Shown here: positions 1 through 13,064 of the stretch, piece by piece | Numbering within the stretch: position 1 is the stretch's first letter | How the letters are laid out: the number at the start of each line of letters is the position of its first letter | Assembly: GCA_965214605.1 (NCBI GenBank) | Contig: OZ243961.1 | Location: forward strand, 128,001-192,000 | DNA: 64,000 nucleotides | From: an uncultured Candidatus Binatia bacterium | Lineage (GTDB): Bacteria > Desulfobacterota > Binatia > Bin18 | Reading direction: 5' to 3' | Made by a program: the position numbers and the translations under genes | Notes under the pieces: generated by a model | The model's database searches: none | What the model was told of the DNA's origin: nothing | What the model saw: only the letters and a program-made list of their open reading frames with translations

Positions 1-3387
<3,387 letters not shown>

Positions 3388-3529
3388 TCAAAGGTACGAT
3401 AGTGCGTTGTCATCGATGACAAGGCCGGCTGGAGGTGACTGATGCGAAGGGTAGGGTCAATATCATCGCGAAGTTCGTCGATCTCCAATATGCGGCGGCC
3501 GGCAGGGCAGGGTGAGCGGAGGATGCGGG

Positions 3530-3955
3530 ATGAGCGAGTTTTCGAGGTTCCATCGCATCGGTTTTGGCGGTCCCCATGGTCGTGGCGCTGGGGCTCGTTG
3601 TGAGTTGCTCAAACGTAGATGACGCGATACCGACAGGGGAAGCGACGAGAGAAGTCGAACGGTGGAGATGTGGCGACTACTTCGACGGCTGCGGCTTTCT
3701 CGCAACAGACTGCGTAACGCTGAATGCAAACTTGCTGAATAGCACCGGTGAGGTGAAGTTCAGCGGCTTCAGCGAACGAACTCGGTTTAAAATAGAGGGC
3801 ATTGAGCGTCGGCAGGATTGGTGCCTGACAGATGATTACAGCTACGATTGCGCCTGTATGATCTCCGTTGATGGCACGGGCAAATACTTTGACTTTCGTG
3901 GTTCGGATGGACGGGGGCCAAGCCCCGCGATCTGTTCAAGTGTACAAAAGGCTGA
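3530..3955 (+). pseudogene. Hypothetical Cys-rich lipoprotein, probably frameshifted
   Basis: Hydrophobic stretch plus lipobox-like VVSC. Protein-like sequence to about 3915, then a plausible C-terminus (AKPRDLFKCTKG*) lies in another frame. Confidence 0.4.
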
Positions 3956-4116
3956 GCACGGACTGAAATCAAGAGTGTCTTGGCGAGCGGAAACGGTTTA
4001 CGTTCATCAGGGTCGTTTGCCGTGCTCTGATTTCGCGATGTCCAACTCCGCCCCCGCATCCCATTTTTCGACTTGCGCGGGTTTTTCGTGGTGTGGTTCG
4101 GCTGCTCAAATCACGA

Positions 4117-4850
4117 TCAAACTTTGGGGCGGCCTGCCGTTCTCGGCCTTGGATCACGTAGCCCGCTCTGCGCGGTTCCGGCGGTTTGCAGCATCTTTCG
4201 CGTCGGCTGGCAGCGGCGGGGTTCCGCCCGGTATCCCATGGCACGGGCGATGACGGCCGCAGCCTGTGTGGCAGCATCCCTGAGCGCGCCATCGTCCAGA
4301 TGCGCGTAGATTGCCGTGGTTTCGCGCTGGCGGTGTCCGAGCAGCCGCCCGACGGTGGTGAGCCCGACACTGTTCATGACGCTCTGCGAAGCCCAGGGGT
4401 GCCGGCAATCGTGGATGCGAAGGCCTGGGAGCCCCGCCTCGTCGCGGACATCCACCCAGAACGTGTAGAGCCGAAATGTGACGGTCAATCAGGTGGCAGT
4501 TGCCTTGCCGGGTTGACGGCTGCCAGCGCCGCCCCTGGCGGGGCGTGAACTCGGCGGCGAAATCGGCGAACAGGGGGTTGGTCTCGCGCTTAGCCTTCAC
4601 GGCCGTGCGGGCGATGAGGGCTTTCTCGGCGGTGGTCTCGTCCACCGTGCCGAGGATGAGGTGCTCCGCGCCGCGCTTGTGAGCGCCGCGGACGAAGCAG
4701 GGCTCGGTGCCCTGCTTCGAAACCTTGAGGCCGAAGGTGGGCAGGTCCCTGGCCATGACGGTCAAGGCCGTTTCGTCCGCCCTGCTGCTCGCGAAAGGTG
4801 CGGCGGACCGTCCGTTCGTTGCTGGCGGCGGGGCTGCGCCTGGGCACGGC
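4117..4850 (-). pseudogene. Tyrosine recombinase/integrase remnant, internally deleted and frameshifted
   Basis: C-terminal catalytic motifs LRIHDCRH and LLGHRQRETTAIYAHL. Arm-binding-like N-terminal fragment (DLPTFGLKVSKQG) in another frame. Core-binding region is missing. Confidence 0.8.
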
Positions 4851-5343
4851 TCCGTGGTCTGTTCCCTCGGGCGCCGCCCGTTCGCAGGGAACAGGACTGC
4901 GGTTTGGGACAGACAAGGCGGCCCGCGCGGGGGAGCGTGGCCCTAGACCGGAGCGGGCCTAAGAGACTGTCGCGTAACGGAAAACGTCCGGTGGCGGCGA
5001 ACCGGTTCGGGCTCGCTCAATGCACCATCGGTGCGTGGGGTGTGAGAACCACGCGCCGATGGGCGTTCCTAGCGCGCTTCCTGACCGCTCAATCAGTCGG
5101 GTGTTGAAAGCCGTTGTGCAGTCGGCATTTAGCCCGAGCGGCGCTTGAGCGGCAGCGCCCGCCGCGCATTTGCGGAGACAATCCCCGCACCGCCGCGCGG
5201 CTTCCGAGCAGTACTATAGGAAGCATGAAGTAACAAATCAATGTGCGAAGTCTCGTTCACCGGCAACGTCATTCACTCGGCCCGCACTGCTGGCGGCGGT
5301 GCGGGCTTGTCCGTCACGGTCGACAGCAGGAGCCGTGGCACAC

Positions 5344-5377
5344 GCGCGTACGCCGCTGAACTGAGCGGCGTACGCGC
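5344..5377. promoter_or_regulatory. Perfect 14-bp inverted repeat upstream of higBA (possible antitoxin operator or hairpin)
   Basis: GCGCGTACGCCGCT-gaactg-AGCGGCGTACGCGC, about 50 bp before the higB start. Confidence 0.5.
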
Positions 5378-5424
5378 TACCGGACATTACCGAGGTCGCC
5401 GTGCGTTGTTAACCCGTGGCGCGC

Positions 5425-5698
5425 ATGATATGGAGCTTCCAGGATCGGGAGACGCGCAGCTTCTTCGAGGGGCGACGCGGCATTCCAGGGTTTCGCCAAT
5501 CAGGTGGTGCGCCGACTGGTTCTGCTGGACAGCGCGGAGACGCTCGCAGACCTTGCCGCGTTGCCGAGCAATCGGCTGGAAGCGCTACGGGGCGACCGTA
5601 CCGGTCAGCACAGCATTCGGATCAACGCGCAGCGGCGCGTCTGCTTCCGTTGGACGGACGAAGGACCGTGCGACGTGGAGATCGTGGATTATCACTGA
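5425..5698 (+). pseudogene. higB: HigB (RelE/ParE-family killer) toxin, frameshifted
   Basis: N-terminal MIWSFQDRETRSFFEG and C-terminal LPSNRLEALRGDRTGQHSIRINAQRRVCFRW...VEIVDYH lie in different frames; shift near 5480-5500. Confidence 0.85.
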
Positions 5699-5709
5699 GG
5701 GAGTTTGAC

Positions 5710-6051
5710 ATGAACGCAAGGAACGGCATGAAGCCGATGCATCCCGGAGAAGTCCTGCGCGACGAACTCGACGAACTCGACGAACTCGGGCTGTCGGCCA
5801 ATGCGCTGTCGAGGGCGTTGGGGGTGCCGGTGAACCGGGTGACGATGATCCTGAACGGCCAGCGGGGCCTGAGCGCGGACACGGCGCTGCGGCTTGCGCG
5901 GTACTTCGGGACGACATCGCAACTCTGGCTGAACTTGCAGAAGACGTGGGAGCTTCGCCAAGCGGAGATCGCGGTGGGCCACGAGATCGCGAAGTGCGTG
6001 ACGCCCCGGCAGTCGGTGGCAACAGGCACGGTGGCCGATGCCCGTTCCTGA
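5710..6051 (+). CDS. higA: HigA addiction-module antitoxin (XRE HTH)
   Basis: HPGEVL...ALGVPVNRVTMILNGQRGLSADTALRLARYFGTTSQLWLNLQ; GAGGGAG RBS. Confidence 0.9.
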   Translation: MNARNGMKPMHPGEVLRDELDELDELGLSANALSRALGVPVNRVTMILNGQRGLSADTALRLARYFGTTSQLWLNLQKTWELRQAEIAVGHEIAKCVTPRQSVATGTVADARS

Positions 6052-6967
6052 TTTTCAGTCGCTGATGCTCCCTACCCTCAAGGCGTTCGCCGGCGGTGAG
6101 GAGCTGTCGCTTTCCGAAGTCCGCGGACGGATTGCCGCTGCCGAGAGACTCTCTGCCGAAGATGTCGGGGAAATGTTCCCGAGCAGTCGGCAGGCAGTCT
6201 TCGCGAACCGTGTGAGGTGGGCCGTGTTCTACATGGAGCGCGCCGGGCTGCTGGAGCGGGTCCGTCGCGGCGTCTATCGGTTGACGCAAGAAGGTGAACG
6301 CTTGCTGTCCCGTAAGCCTCCTCGCATCGATATAAACCTGCTTAGAGAGTTCCCCGATTTCGTCGAATGGTCGCAACGGGCGAACGCTCCGCCTTCCAGC
6401 AAGGATGCGGTGTCCAAGCAGGACGAAGATACCTCCGACACGCCGGAGGAAGCAATGGACCGGGCCGCCCGACAGTTGAGCAGCGTTCTGGAAGCCGATG
6501 TGCTGCATCGGGTTCGCAATGCGGCACCCGCGTTTCTCGGACGGGTGGTCGTCGATTTGCTGATCGCGATGGGCTACGGCGGCGGTGATGCCACGATGGG
6601 CCGTATGACGGGACGTCCGGGCGATGACGGGATCGACGGCACGATCCGGGAGGACGCGCTCGGCCTGGACGAAGTTTACGTGCAGGCGAAGAAGTACGTT
6701 GAAGGCAACGCCGTGGGCGAAGGCGATCTGCGCAACTTCGCGGGCGCGATCGACGCTGCGGGCACGACCAAGGGCGTGTTCATCACCACCGCTAGTTTCA
6801 CGCGCGCTGCGAAGGATTACGTGGCGCGGAGTCCGAAGCGGATCGTGTTGATTGACGGCGAAGAACTGGCGCGCCTTATGGTCCGGCATGGAATCGGCGT
6901 GCGAAGGTGGCACTATCACGAGGTCAAGCGAATCAACGAAGACTACTTCGAGCAGGAAGCGCCGTAG
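6038..6967 (+). CDS. mrr: Mrr-family Type IV restriction endonuclease
   Basis: Mrr N-terminus (MPVPDFQSLMLP...NRVRWAVFYMERAGLL) and catalytic GDDGIDG...VYVQAKKY, GVFITT, LIDGEELARLM. Confidence 0.92.
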   Translation: MPVPDFQSLMLPTLKAFAGGEELSLSEVRGRIAAAERLSAEDVGEMFPSSRQAVFANRVRWAVFYMERAGLLERVRRGVYRLTQEGERLLSRKPPRIDINLLREFPDFVEWSQRANAPPSSKDAVSKQDEDTSDTPEEAMDRAARQLSSVLEADVLHRVRNAAPAFLGRVVVDLLIAMGYGGGDATMGRMTGRPGDDGIDGTIREDALGLDEVYVQAKKYVEGNAVGEGDLRNFAGAIDAAGTTKGVFITTASFTRAAKDYVARSPKRIVLIDGEELARLMVRHGIGVRRWHYHEVKRINEDYFEQEAP

Positions 6968-6970
6968 GCC

Positions 6971-7232
6971 GTGCGCCTGTCGCGGAACGAGGTTCGCGTC
7001 CGGGCCGCCGCCTTTCGCGGAGGCCTGACGGGAGGCGGCTTACGAGAAGGGCGAAACGCAGAGCTTCTACCACGCCTTCTTCGACGGGCTCGGAGTGCGG
7101 CGGCGGCGGGGCGGCGCGCGCTACGAGGCGCCTGGCGCCAAGTTGGACAACCGCTCGGGGTTCAGCGCCCTGTTCTGGCCGGGCGTGCGGCTTGGCGAGC
7201 AGAAGAGCGCCGGGCGCGATCTGAAGGCGGCC
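6971..7232 (+). pseudogene. N-terminal fragment of an MmeI-like Type IIL R-M enzyme
   Basis: MRLSRNEVRVRAAAF, then in a shifted frame YEKGETQSFYHAFF...LFWPGVRLGEQKSAGRDL, resembling the MmeI-family nuclease domain. Truncated. Confidence 0.7.
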
Positions 7233-7240
7233 TCCGGTCC

Positions 7241-7276
7241 GGCCCGACCGATGTTGAAATAGTGGACTACCATTGA
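7241..7276 (+). pseudogene. higB: C-terminal stub of a second HigB toxin
   Basis: Encodes GPTDVEIVDYH*, the HigB terminal motif, immediately before the second higA. Confidence 0.7.
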
Positions 7277-7289
7277 GAGGAGGCATGAA

Positions 7290-7682
7290 ATGCGTGACCC
7301 CATCCACCCCGGCGAGACGCTGCGCGAGGATCTCGCCGCGCTCGGCATGAGCGCGGCGGAGTTGGCGCGGCGGATCGAAGTGCCGGTGAACCGCGTCACC
7401 GAGATTCTCAACGGTCGGCGGTCGGTCACCAGCGACACGGCCCTGCGGCTGGGGCGTTTCTTCGGCACCTCGGGGGAGTTCTGGCTCAACCTCCAGAAGC
7501 TCTATGAACTGCGCCTTGCGGAACAGAAGCACGGGACGACGATCGCCCGGCTACCGACACTGGAAGCCGGTACGGATCTGCGCGACCGGTTAAGTGCCGA
7601 CCGCTCACAGGCCGACGATTCAAACGATGGCCAGGTCGCTCGTGGGGTCGCAGAGCGAAGGGTCGGCAGCGCGCATCGCTAA
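7290..7682 (+). CDS. higA: HigA antitoxin (second paralog, extended C-terminus)
   Basis: MRDPIHPGETLREDL...VPVNRVTEILNGRRSVTSDTALRLGRFFGTSGEFWLNLQ; GAGGAGG RBS. Confidence 0.88.
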   Translation: MRDPIHPGETLREDLAALGMSAAELARRIEVPVNRVTEILNGRRSVTSDTALRLGRFFGTSGEFWLNLQKLYELRLAEQKHGTTIARLPTLEAGTDLRDRLSADRSQADDSNDGQVARGVAERRVGSAHR

Positions 7683-7806
7683 AGATGGATGATAAAAATT
7701 GCGATCTACGTCTTGGATACCTTGGGACGATGGGCCTACTGGTGCTCTTTCCGCTTGGCGCTGATTTCGATGAATACGGCGTGGAGCCCCGTCTGGCGTT
7801 GCAGTT

Positions 7807-8505
7807 ATGACTGAAGCGCAGATCAGCCTCGATCTCGCGGGAAGACCGACTGCCCGCGCCATCCTTGACCGTATTCGTTCCGAGAGCCGCGACGAGTCCG
7901 AGAAAGGGCGCTGGTTCGAGCAGTTGTTCATGCGCATCGCGCTTCAAGAGCCCGAGTTCGAAATCGGCGATATCTGGCGCTGGCCCGACTGGCCCGAGCG
8001 GGAGGCACTGATCGGACTCGATGGCCGTGACATGGGCATCGATCTCGTGGCCCGGCGGACCTCAGGGGAATGGGTCGCCATCCAGTGCAAGTGCTATGAC
8101 GACCGGCATATCCTGCGTAAAGGCGAGATTGACAAGTTTCTCGGCGGCTGCAGCCCGTGTTCCGTCTGCGTTGGATCGTGGCGACGTGCCGGTGGGGACC
8201 GATTGCGGAGCGTGCCATCCAGAACGTACATCCGCAGGTCACACAGATCGACTTCCGCCAACATCTTGATGTTCAGGTCGAGGAACGGGACGCCAAACGG
8301 CCAGTGCAGAAGCTTGGCCGCTTCAGGAGGAAGCGGTCGAGGATGCCGTCGGCGGGCTGGCCAATCACGACCGGGGCCGTCTCATGATGGCCTGCGGCAC
8401 CGGCAAGACCTTCACCGCCCTTCGCATCGCCGAGGAGATCGTTCAGGACGGACAGCGAATCCTCTTCGCGGCGCCGACCATCGCGCTGGTCTCTCAGGCG
8501 CGACG
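7807..8505 (+). pseudogene. Type ISP-like R-M enzyme (Mrr-like nuclease + SF2 helicase), frameshifted and truncated
   Basis: EKGRWFEQLF...DMGIDLVA...AIQCKCY nuclease, then MACGTGKTFTALRIAE...ILFAAPTIALVSQ helicase start, spread over three frames. Ends abruptly. Confidence 0.8.
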
Positions 8506-9225
8506 CGATGGCGCCTTCGCGTATGAGCTGCAACTGCGGCATCTCCGGATCGGCCAGCGTCTCGCCGGAGATCGTGCGCCAGGGCTTGAACCACTCACGC
8601 CCTGCCGTCAGCGTACCGATGCGCGCTTCCCCAGCCCGTCCGAGACGATGAGCGCCGCGTTGAAGGCGAACAGCGAGGGGATTTCCGCCTTGTAGGTCTG
8701 CAATTGCCGGAATGCGGCGTCGATCGTGGCATTCTCGTCGACGGGGTTCTTGAGCTCAATCACCCCGAGCGGCAGGCCGTTGACGAACAGTACGATATCG
8801 GGGCGCCGCTCGTGCTTGTTCTCGACCACCGTGAACTGGTTCACGGCCAGCCAGTCGTCATCGGCGGGCTCGTCGAAGTCGATCGCACGGACCTGCGCCC
8901 CCCGGATCAAGCCGTCCGCGATGCGGTGCTCCACCGTCACGCCATCCACGACCATACGGTGAAAGGCCCGGTTACGGGCCTCCAGCGTGGTTCCTTCCGA
9001 ACGGATCAGCTTGCGGAAGGCGTCGTCGAGTGCCGCAGCGGGAAGGTCGGAGTTCAGCCGAGCCAGGGCATCGTGTAGCCGTCTTTGCAGCACGACCGCA
9101 CGGTAGTCCGCGCGTTCGGCGCCGGGCCTGTCGGGGGCGATCTTCGGACCATGGGCGTTGGATCAGCCAGGGGCCTCCAACCATTCCAGCGCGGCGGTTT
9201 CGACGTCGGATTCTGAAAATTTCAC
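8500..9225 (-). pseudogene. hsdR: Type I R-M restriction subunit HsdR, N-terminal remnant
   Basis: MKFSESDVETAALEWLE, then an early stop; WLAVNQFTV...[21 protein letters not shown]...[13 protein letters not shown]; shifted continuation [18 protein letters not shown]. No helicase part. Confidence 0.88.
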
Positions 9226-9839
9226 GCGGTGGCCTCGGCGATGGCATCGAGTAAGACCGCGAAGCTATGGGACCGATTGCGTGCCGGGTCGATATGTCGG
9301 CCGATATCGGTGGCCGCCTGCACCTTCGGTATTCCCTGCTTGAAAAAGCCGTGCCTTTGCAGGACACGCTCGAATGTCTCCCAGGTGCCGCCTGTGATCG
9401 CGTCAGGGTTCCGGTAACGAGCTTGGTTTGGAATATTCGGCGATACGCGCGGATAGGCGCCACATACAGCTTGCCAGTCGCCGAAATACCAAGCCTCAAG
9501 CTCTTCGATCGCGATGCGGATTACGACTTGCCAATCAGGGCCGCCGCCGGCCCGCCTCGACCGCAGCCCGGCACGATCGCAGACCTTCTCAAGTCTGGAC
9601 TTGAGCTCCTCGCAATCGTCTCCGTCGCGGTCCACGATCACCACAATACGGTACTCGTCCGGCATCCATGCCGCATAACCCTTGAGGCGATCTCCGATCT
9701 TTCGCAACAGGGCGTCCTTGCCTGGGTACGGGTAAATTTTAAACGTGCAATTCTCTGGAAGCACCCGTGGCAACCAGGCAGCGAGAAACGCTTCCATGGA
9801 AAGTCCTTCCACGTGAAATTCGAAATGGGAAGCAGACAT
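9222..9839 (-). CDS. DUF4276-family protein (TOPRIM/RloB-like putative nuclease)
   Basis: FHVEGLSMEAFL (TOPRIM Glu), IVDRDGDD (DxD), IEELEAWYFGD, NRSHSF. Intact ORF from the ATG at 9839. Confidence 0.8.
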   Translation of the reverse strand: MSASHFEFHVEGLSMEAFLAAWLPRVLPENCTFKIYPYPGKDALLRKIGDRLKGYAAWMPDEYRIVVIVDRDGDDCEELKSRLEKVCDRAGLRSRRAGGGPDWQVVIRIAIEELEAWYFGDWQAVCGAYPRVSPNIPNQARYRNPDAITGGTWETFERVLQRHGFFKQGIPKVQAATDIGRHIDPARNRSHSFAVLLDAIAEATA

Positions 9840-9841
9840 TC

Positions 9842-11080
9842 TCAGTGGTCGCCTCCTCTCCACGCCGGCATTCCGCCTCCGGTCAACGGATCTCCGACTC
9901 CGAAATGCCCCTCCATCCATAGGTCGCCCAGTTGAGCGCCGGCGTCCATGAACGCCTTTACCTTTTCGTCCCGGTCCAGCGGATGACACCGCGTATAGCC
10001 GGATTCGTCGCGCCACAGCACCCGCACTTCATCTGGGCGCAGCGCGTCGAGAAAGAACGGCGAGTGGGTGGTGACGAGGACCTGCGTGGATCCGGCCGCC
10101 CTTCTGCATTCTTCCGCCAGCCCGTAGAGCAGACGGGGATGCAGGAAGTTCTCCGGCTCCTCGACGCCGATAAATGGAGGCGGAAGCGGGTCGTTCAGCA
10201 ACACGAGATAGGCGAGCATCTTGAGCGTGCCGTCCGATGCGAAGCGGGCCGTAACTGGTTCGGAAAATGGGGCGTCCTTGATTTGCAACAGAAGCCTGCC
10301 GTTAGGCATCTGATCCGCTGTGACGTTCTGAATCTTGGGGACCCGTTCCCTAAGCCTGTTGAAAATGAACTCCAGACGCGCAGGATGCTCTTCCGACAGA
10401 TACTGAATCACGTTGGCGAGATTGTCCCCGGTCTTGCTCAGCCGCTCCTCCGGTCCCGCTTCCGGCTGTTCCCTGGCCTCCTGGGACGAGAGATAGGACA
10501 TATGCCATCCCATGATGAAATTCCTGAGCGCTACGATACGGGGATTCTCCGCCAATTGGCCGAGCGCGTTGACCGCAAGGGTATCGGGAGCACTCAGGGG
10601 AACTTCGATCCGCTCGTCCTGTGCGTCCGGCAGTTCGCCGGAAATGACCCGTCCCTTTCCGTCGGCGTAGTCGAGAAACCTGAAAGGTGCTCCATCGCTT
10701 CCCCGCCTCCATCGAAGCCATTCCCCGGCCACGATGGGGCGACCGTTTCTCTCATCCACTTCGAGGTGATAAGTGATCAGGGAGCTACGTGGTTGTTCGC
10801 GATAAGCAATTTCGATCAGAACAGGACCCTCTCCGCCCCGCGATTTCAACTCCCGCGCCCTGCCACGTCTTTCCCAGGCCCGACGCAAACCGCTCTCGAA
10901 GCATTCAGCCAGAAAGGCAAAAACATCAAACACCGTGGATTTTCCGCTACCGTTGGGACCCAGCAGTGCGGTAAGCGGCGTCAGACGCGTGAACTCGACA
11001 TCTTGCAGCGCACGAAAATTCCCTACCTTGAGGCGCTCGATTCTCGGCGGCGCCTCCCCTTTCGTCGTCATTTCGTTCAT
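9842..11080 (-). CDS. ABC-type (AAA_21/AAA_15) ATPase
   Basis: NFRAL, Walker [10 protein letters not shown], signature-like ASDGTLKML, Walker [12 protein letters not shown]-loop VTTHSP. Start overlaps the hsdS stop (TAATG). Confidence 0.92.
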   Translation of the reverse strand: MNEMTTKGEAPPRIERLKVGNFRALQDVEFTRLTPLTALLGPNGSGKSTVFDVFAFLAECFESGLRRAWERRGRARELKSRGGEGPVLIEIAYREQPRSSLITYHLEVDERNGRPIVAGEWLRWRRGSDGAPFRFLDYADGKGRVISGELPDAQDERIEVPLSAPDTLAVNALGQLAENPRIVALRNFIMGWHMSYLSSQEAREQPEAGPEERLSKTGDNLANVIQYLSEEHPARLEFIFNRLRERVPKIQNVTADQMPNGRLLLQIKDAPFSEPVTARFASDGTLKMLAYLVLLNDPLPPPFIGVEEPENFLHPRLLYGLAEECRRAAGSTQVLVTTHSPFFLDALRPDEVRVLWRDESGYTRCHPLDRDEKVKAFMDAGAQLGDLWMEGHFGVGDPLTGGGMPAWRGGDH

Positions 11081-12281
11081 TATGCCATTTCCGTTGATCG
11101 AAAGATGCTGGCCACACGCAGCTTGCCGACAATCAAATTGGGAAGGAGCAGATCGCGGGTCTGAACAAGCGAAGCAGATTGCTTGGTGTTCGTGGCGATA
11201 CGATCGTAAAGTGGGCGAACGACGTCTTCCCATGCGGCGAGGATTTCCTTAGAAGGAATCGTTACCGGAACGGGTCGAAACGCCTTCTTGCTGATTTCGG
11301 CGAATGCGGAGCCGCCCGAGATATCCTTAGATGTAGTCAAGGTTTTCACAGCACCAGAACAGAACGTATAGGTTTGGCAAGCGTTTTTCGCAGGCCATGG
11401 CGATGAAGCCTTGGTTTATGGTAGTTGGCAGCTCGGCAATTGCCAGGTAACCGATAGGAGTGTGCGGTGACAAAAGCACGGTGCCGACCGCAAGGAGGCT
11501 GGAGCTGATCTTCTTCACGCCCGCGCTGGTAATCTTCCCATCCGTTTCCAGCAACACAGGCGACGTCGGCTTCGAAAGGTCCTTCGGCGTGGCCCGGTGC
11601 TGCTTGTCTTCGTGCCAATAGGCGGATTCCTTCATACTTAGGAGTTGCGCCTCCCACAGCATGGACTTCCTTACCAATCTCCGAAACCTCCCCCCCAATC
11701 GGTACGTCCTGGTCGTCGAGGGCGTCGGGGAAAAGATCCGCGATGTCCTGGGGCAGCCCGGTATCGCGGCCTGCCATCTTGGCGCGGACAGGGTCGAAAT
11801 CGACGAACCACGACTTGAACAGGGCGCGCGCCGTCGCCTCCAGCGTCTCGTTCATGCGCCGGTTCAACTCAATCTTGTCGTCCAGGGTGCCGAGGATATG
11901 GGCGATGGCCCGCTGTTGTGACACGTCGGGCACGCGCAAGTCGCACGCGTGCGCTTCTTCACGATTGAGGCCGGGAACCGCGCTCTCGAAGGTTAGGTTT
12001 TGCAACCCTATGGATTGGAGAGCATCGTATTGGAATCCAACGGACTCAGCACCCTCTCCCGTGACATAAAATGTCGTGTCAAGAGGCCAAACTGGTGGGG
12101 ACGAGTAATGAACAGCTCCCACCATTCCTGTGCGTCCGATGAGGACAGGCGGCCCACTTGTGAGTGCGACATCATGATAAGCAATAACACCGTTGGAATC
12201 GAACACGGGCATGTCCCCCGCTGGATTTCTCTTCCCCTTTGGGAAACGCTTGCCATAAGAAAACGGGGCCAATTTCCCCAC
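11080..12281 (-). pseudogene. hsdS: Type I R-M specificity subunit HsdS, multiply frameshifted
   Basis: Conserved linker [47 protein letters not shown]2 pieces ([25 protein letters not shown]) fall in several frames. Confidence 0.88.
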
Positions 12282-12321
12282 GGTTGTCTTAACGGGCCCA
12301 TTGGTCGTGCGTGAGTTGTGC

Positions 12322-12655
12322 TAGGGCGGCCTGCCGCATTCGGTTCTCGGCGCGTACACCACCACATACTCCCGCTTGATCTCGCGGTGGAAGCGCTCCG
12401 GGAGGCCCGCCCAGTCCCTGCGACCAGGAAGGGGATGCTGGATTGGCGCAGCGCCTCCTCGAACGCCGCCAGACGGTCGGCCGGGATTGTCTTCAAGTCC
12501 GGACCGCGCAGCGCGAGGTCGAGATCGCTGCCGGCATGGCTTCGCCCGTTCACGCGGCTGCCATAGGCCCAGACCTCGATACCAGACAGGTGCTCCCGCA
12601 CAAGCATTTCCAGCACCGCCCGATGCCTGGGCAGAAGATGCAGCCTGTCAGTCAT
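12322..12655 (-). pseudogene. Minimal nucleotidyltransferase (MNT) antitoxin, frameshifted
   Basis: VWAYGSRVNG...SDLDLAL motif. The C-terminus DWAGLPERFHREIKREYVV is in another frame after about 12420. Confidence 0.8.
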
Positions 12656-13064
12656 CCGCCGCCTCAAGCACACCGGCCAGCGCCTTCGCGTCCACGATGA
12701 AGGTCGGCAAGAGCTTCATCGTGGATTCGGCGAAGCCTGCGCCATAGTCGTGCGCCGTGCGATTGTCGCGATAGGCAAGCCAGCGTTCTGCGGCATCGGC
12801 TTCGATCAGTCCGTGCCTGGCGGCGTGGCGAAACAGGTCCTTGAAGGTGAGGCGATCCGCCTGCCGGTTGGTCGCGAAGTAGGCGGCAAGACGCTTTCGC
12901 AGAAGCTTGCCGCTCTGCTCCAGCACCAACTCAAACTCCTTGACGCAGGCGGCGCGGTATATGTCATAGACGAAATCGTTCGTCTCCCGGTGCTCGCCGA
13001 TCCCGCCCAAGGCGAGTTCCAATGTGCCGATGCAGCGGCGCAGAGAGGCGGTGTCGATATTCAT
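12648..13064 (-). CDS. HEPN (HI0074 / NTase substrate-binding) toxin-family protein
   Basis: RAACVKEFELVLEQSGKLLRK...FKDLFRHAARHGLI...WLAYRDNRTAHDY; coupled to the MNT gene. Confidence 0.85.
   Translation of the reverse strand: MNIDTASLRRCIGTLELALGGIGEHRETNDFVYDIYRAACVKEFELVLEQSGKLLRKRLAAYFATNRQADRLTFKDLFRHAARHGLIEADAAERWLAYRDNRTAHDYGAGFAESTMKLLPTFIVDAKALAGVLEAADD

Noticed and set aside
4960-5190. Possible MITE/IS ends (GAGACTGTCGCGTAA ... GACAATCCCC)
   Set aside because: Terminal match is too weak and no target-site duplication is evident.
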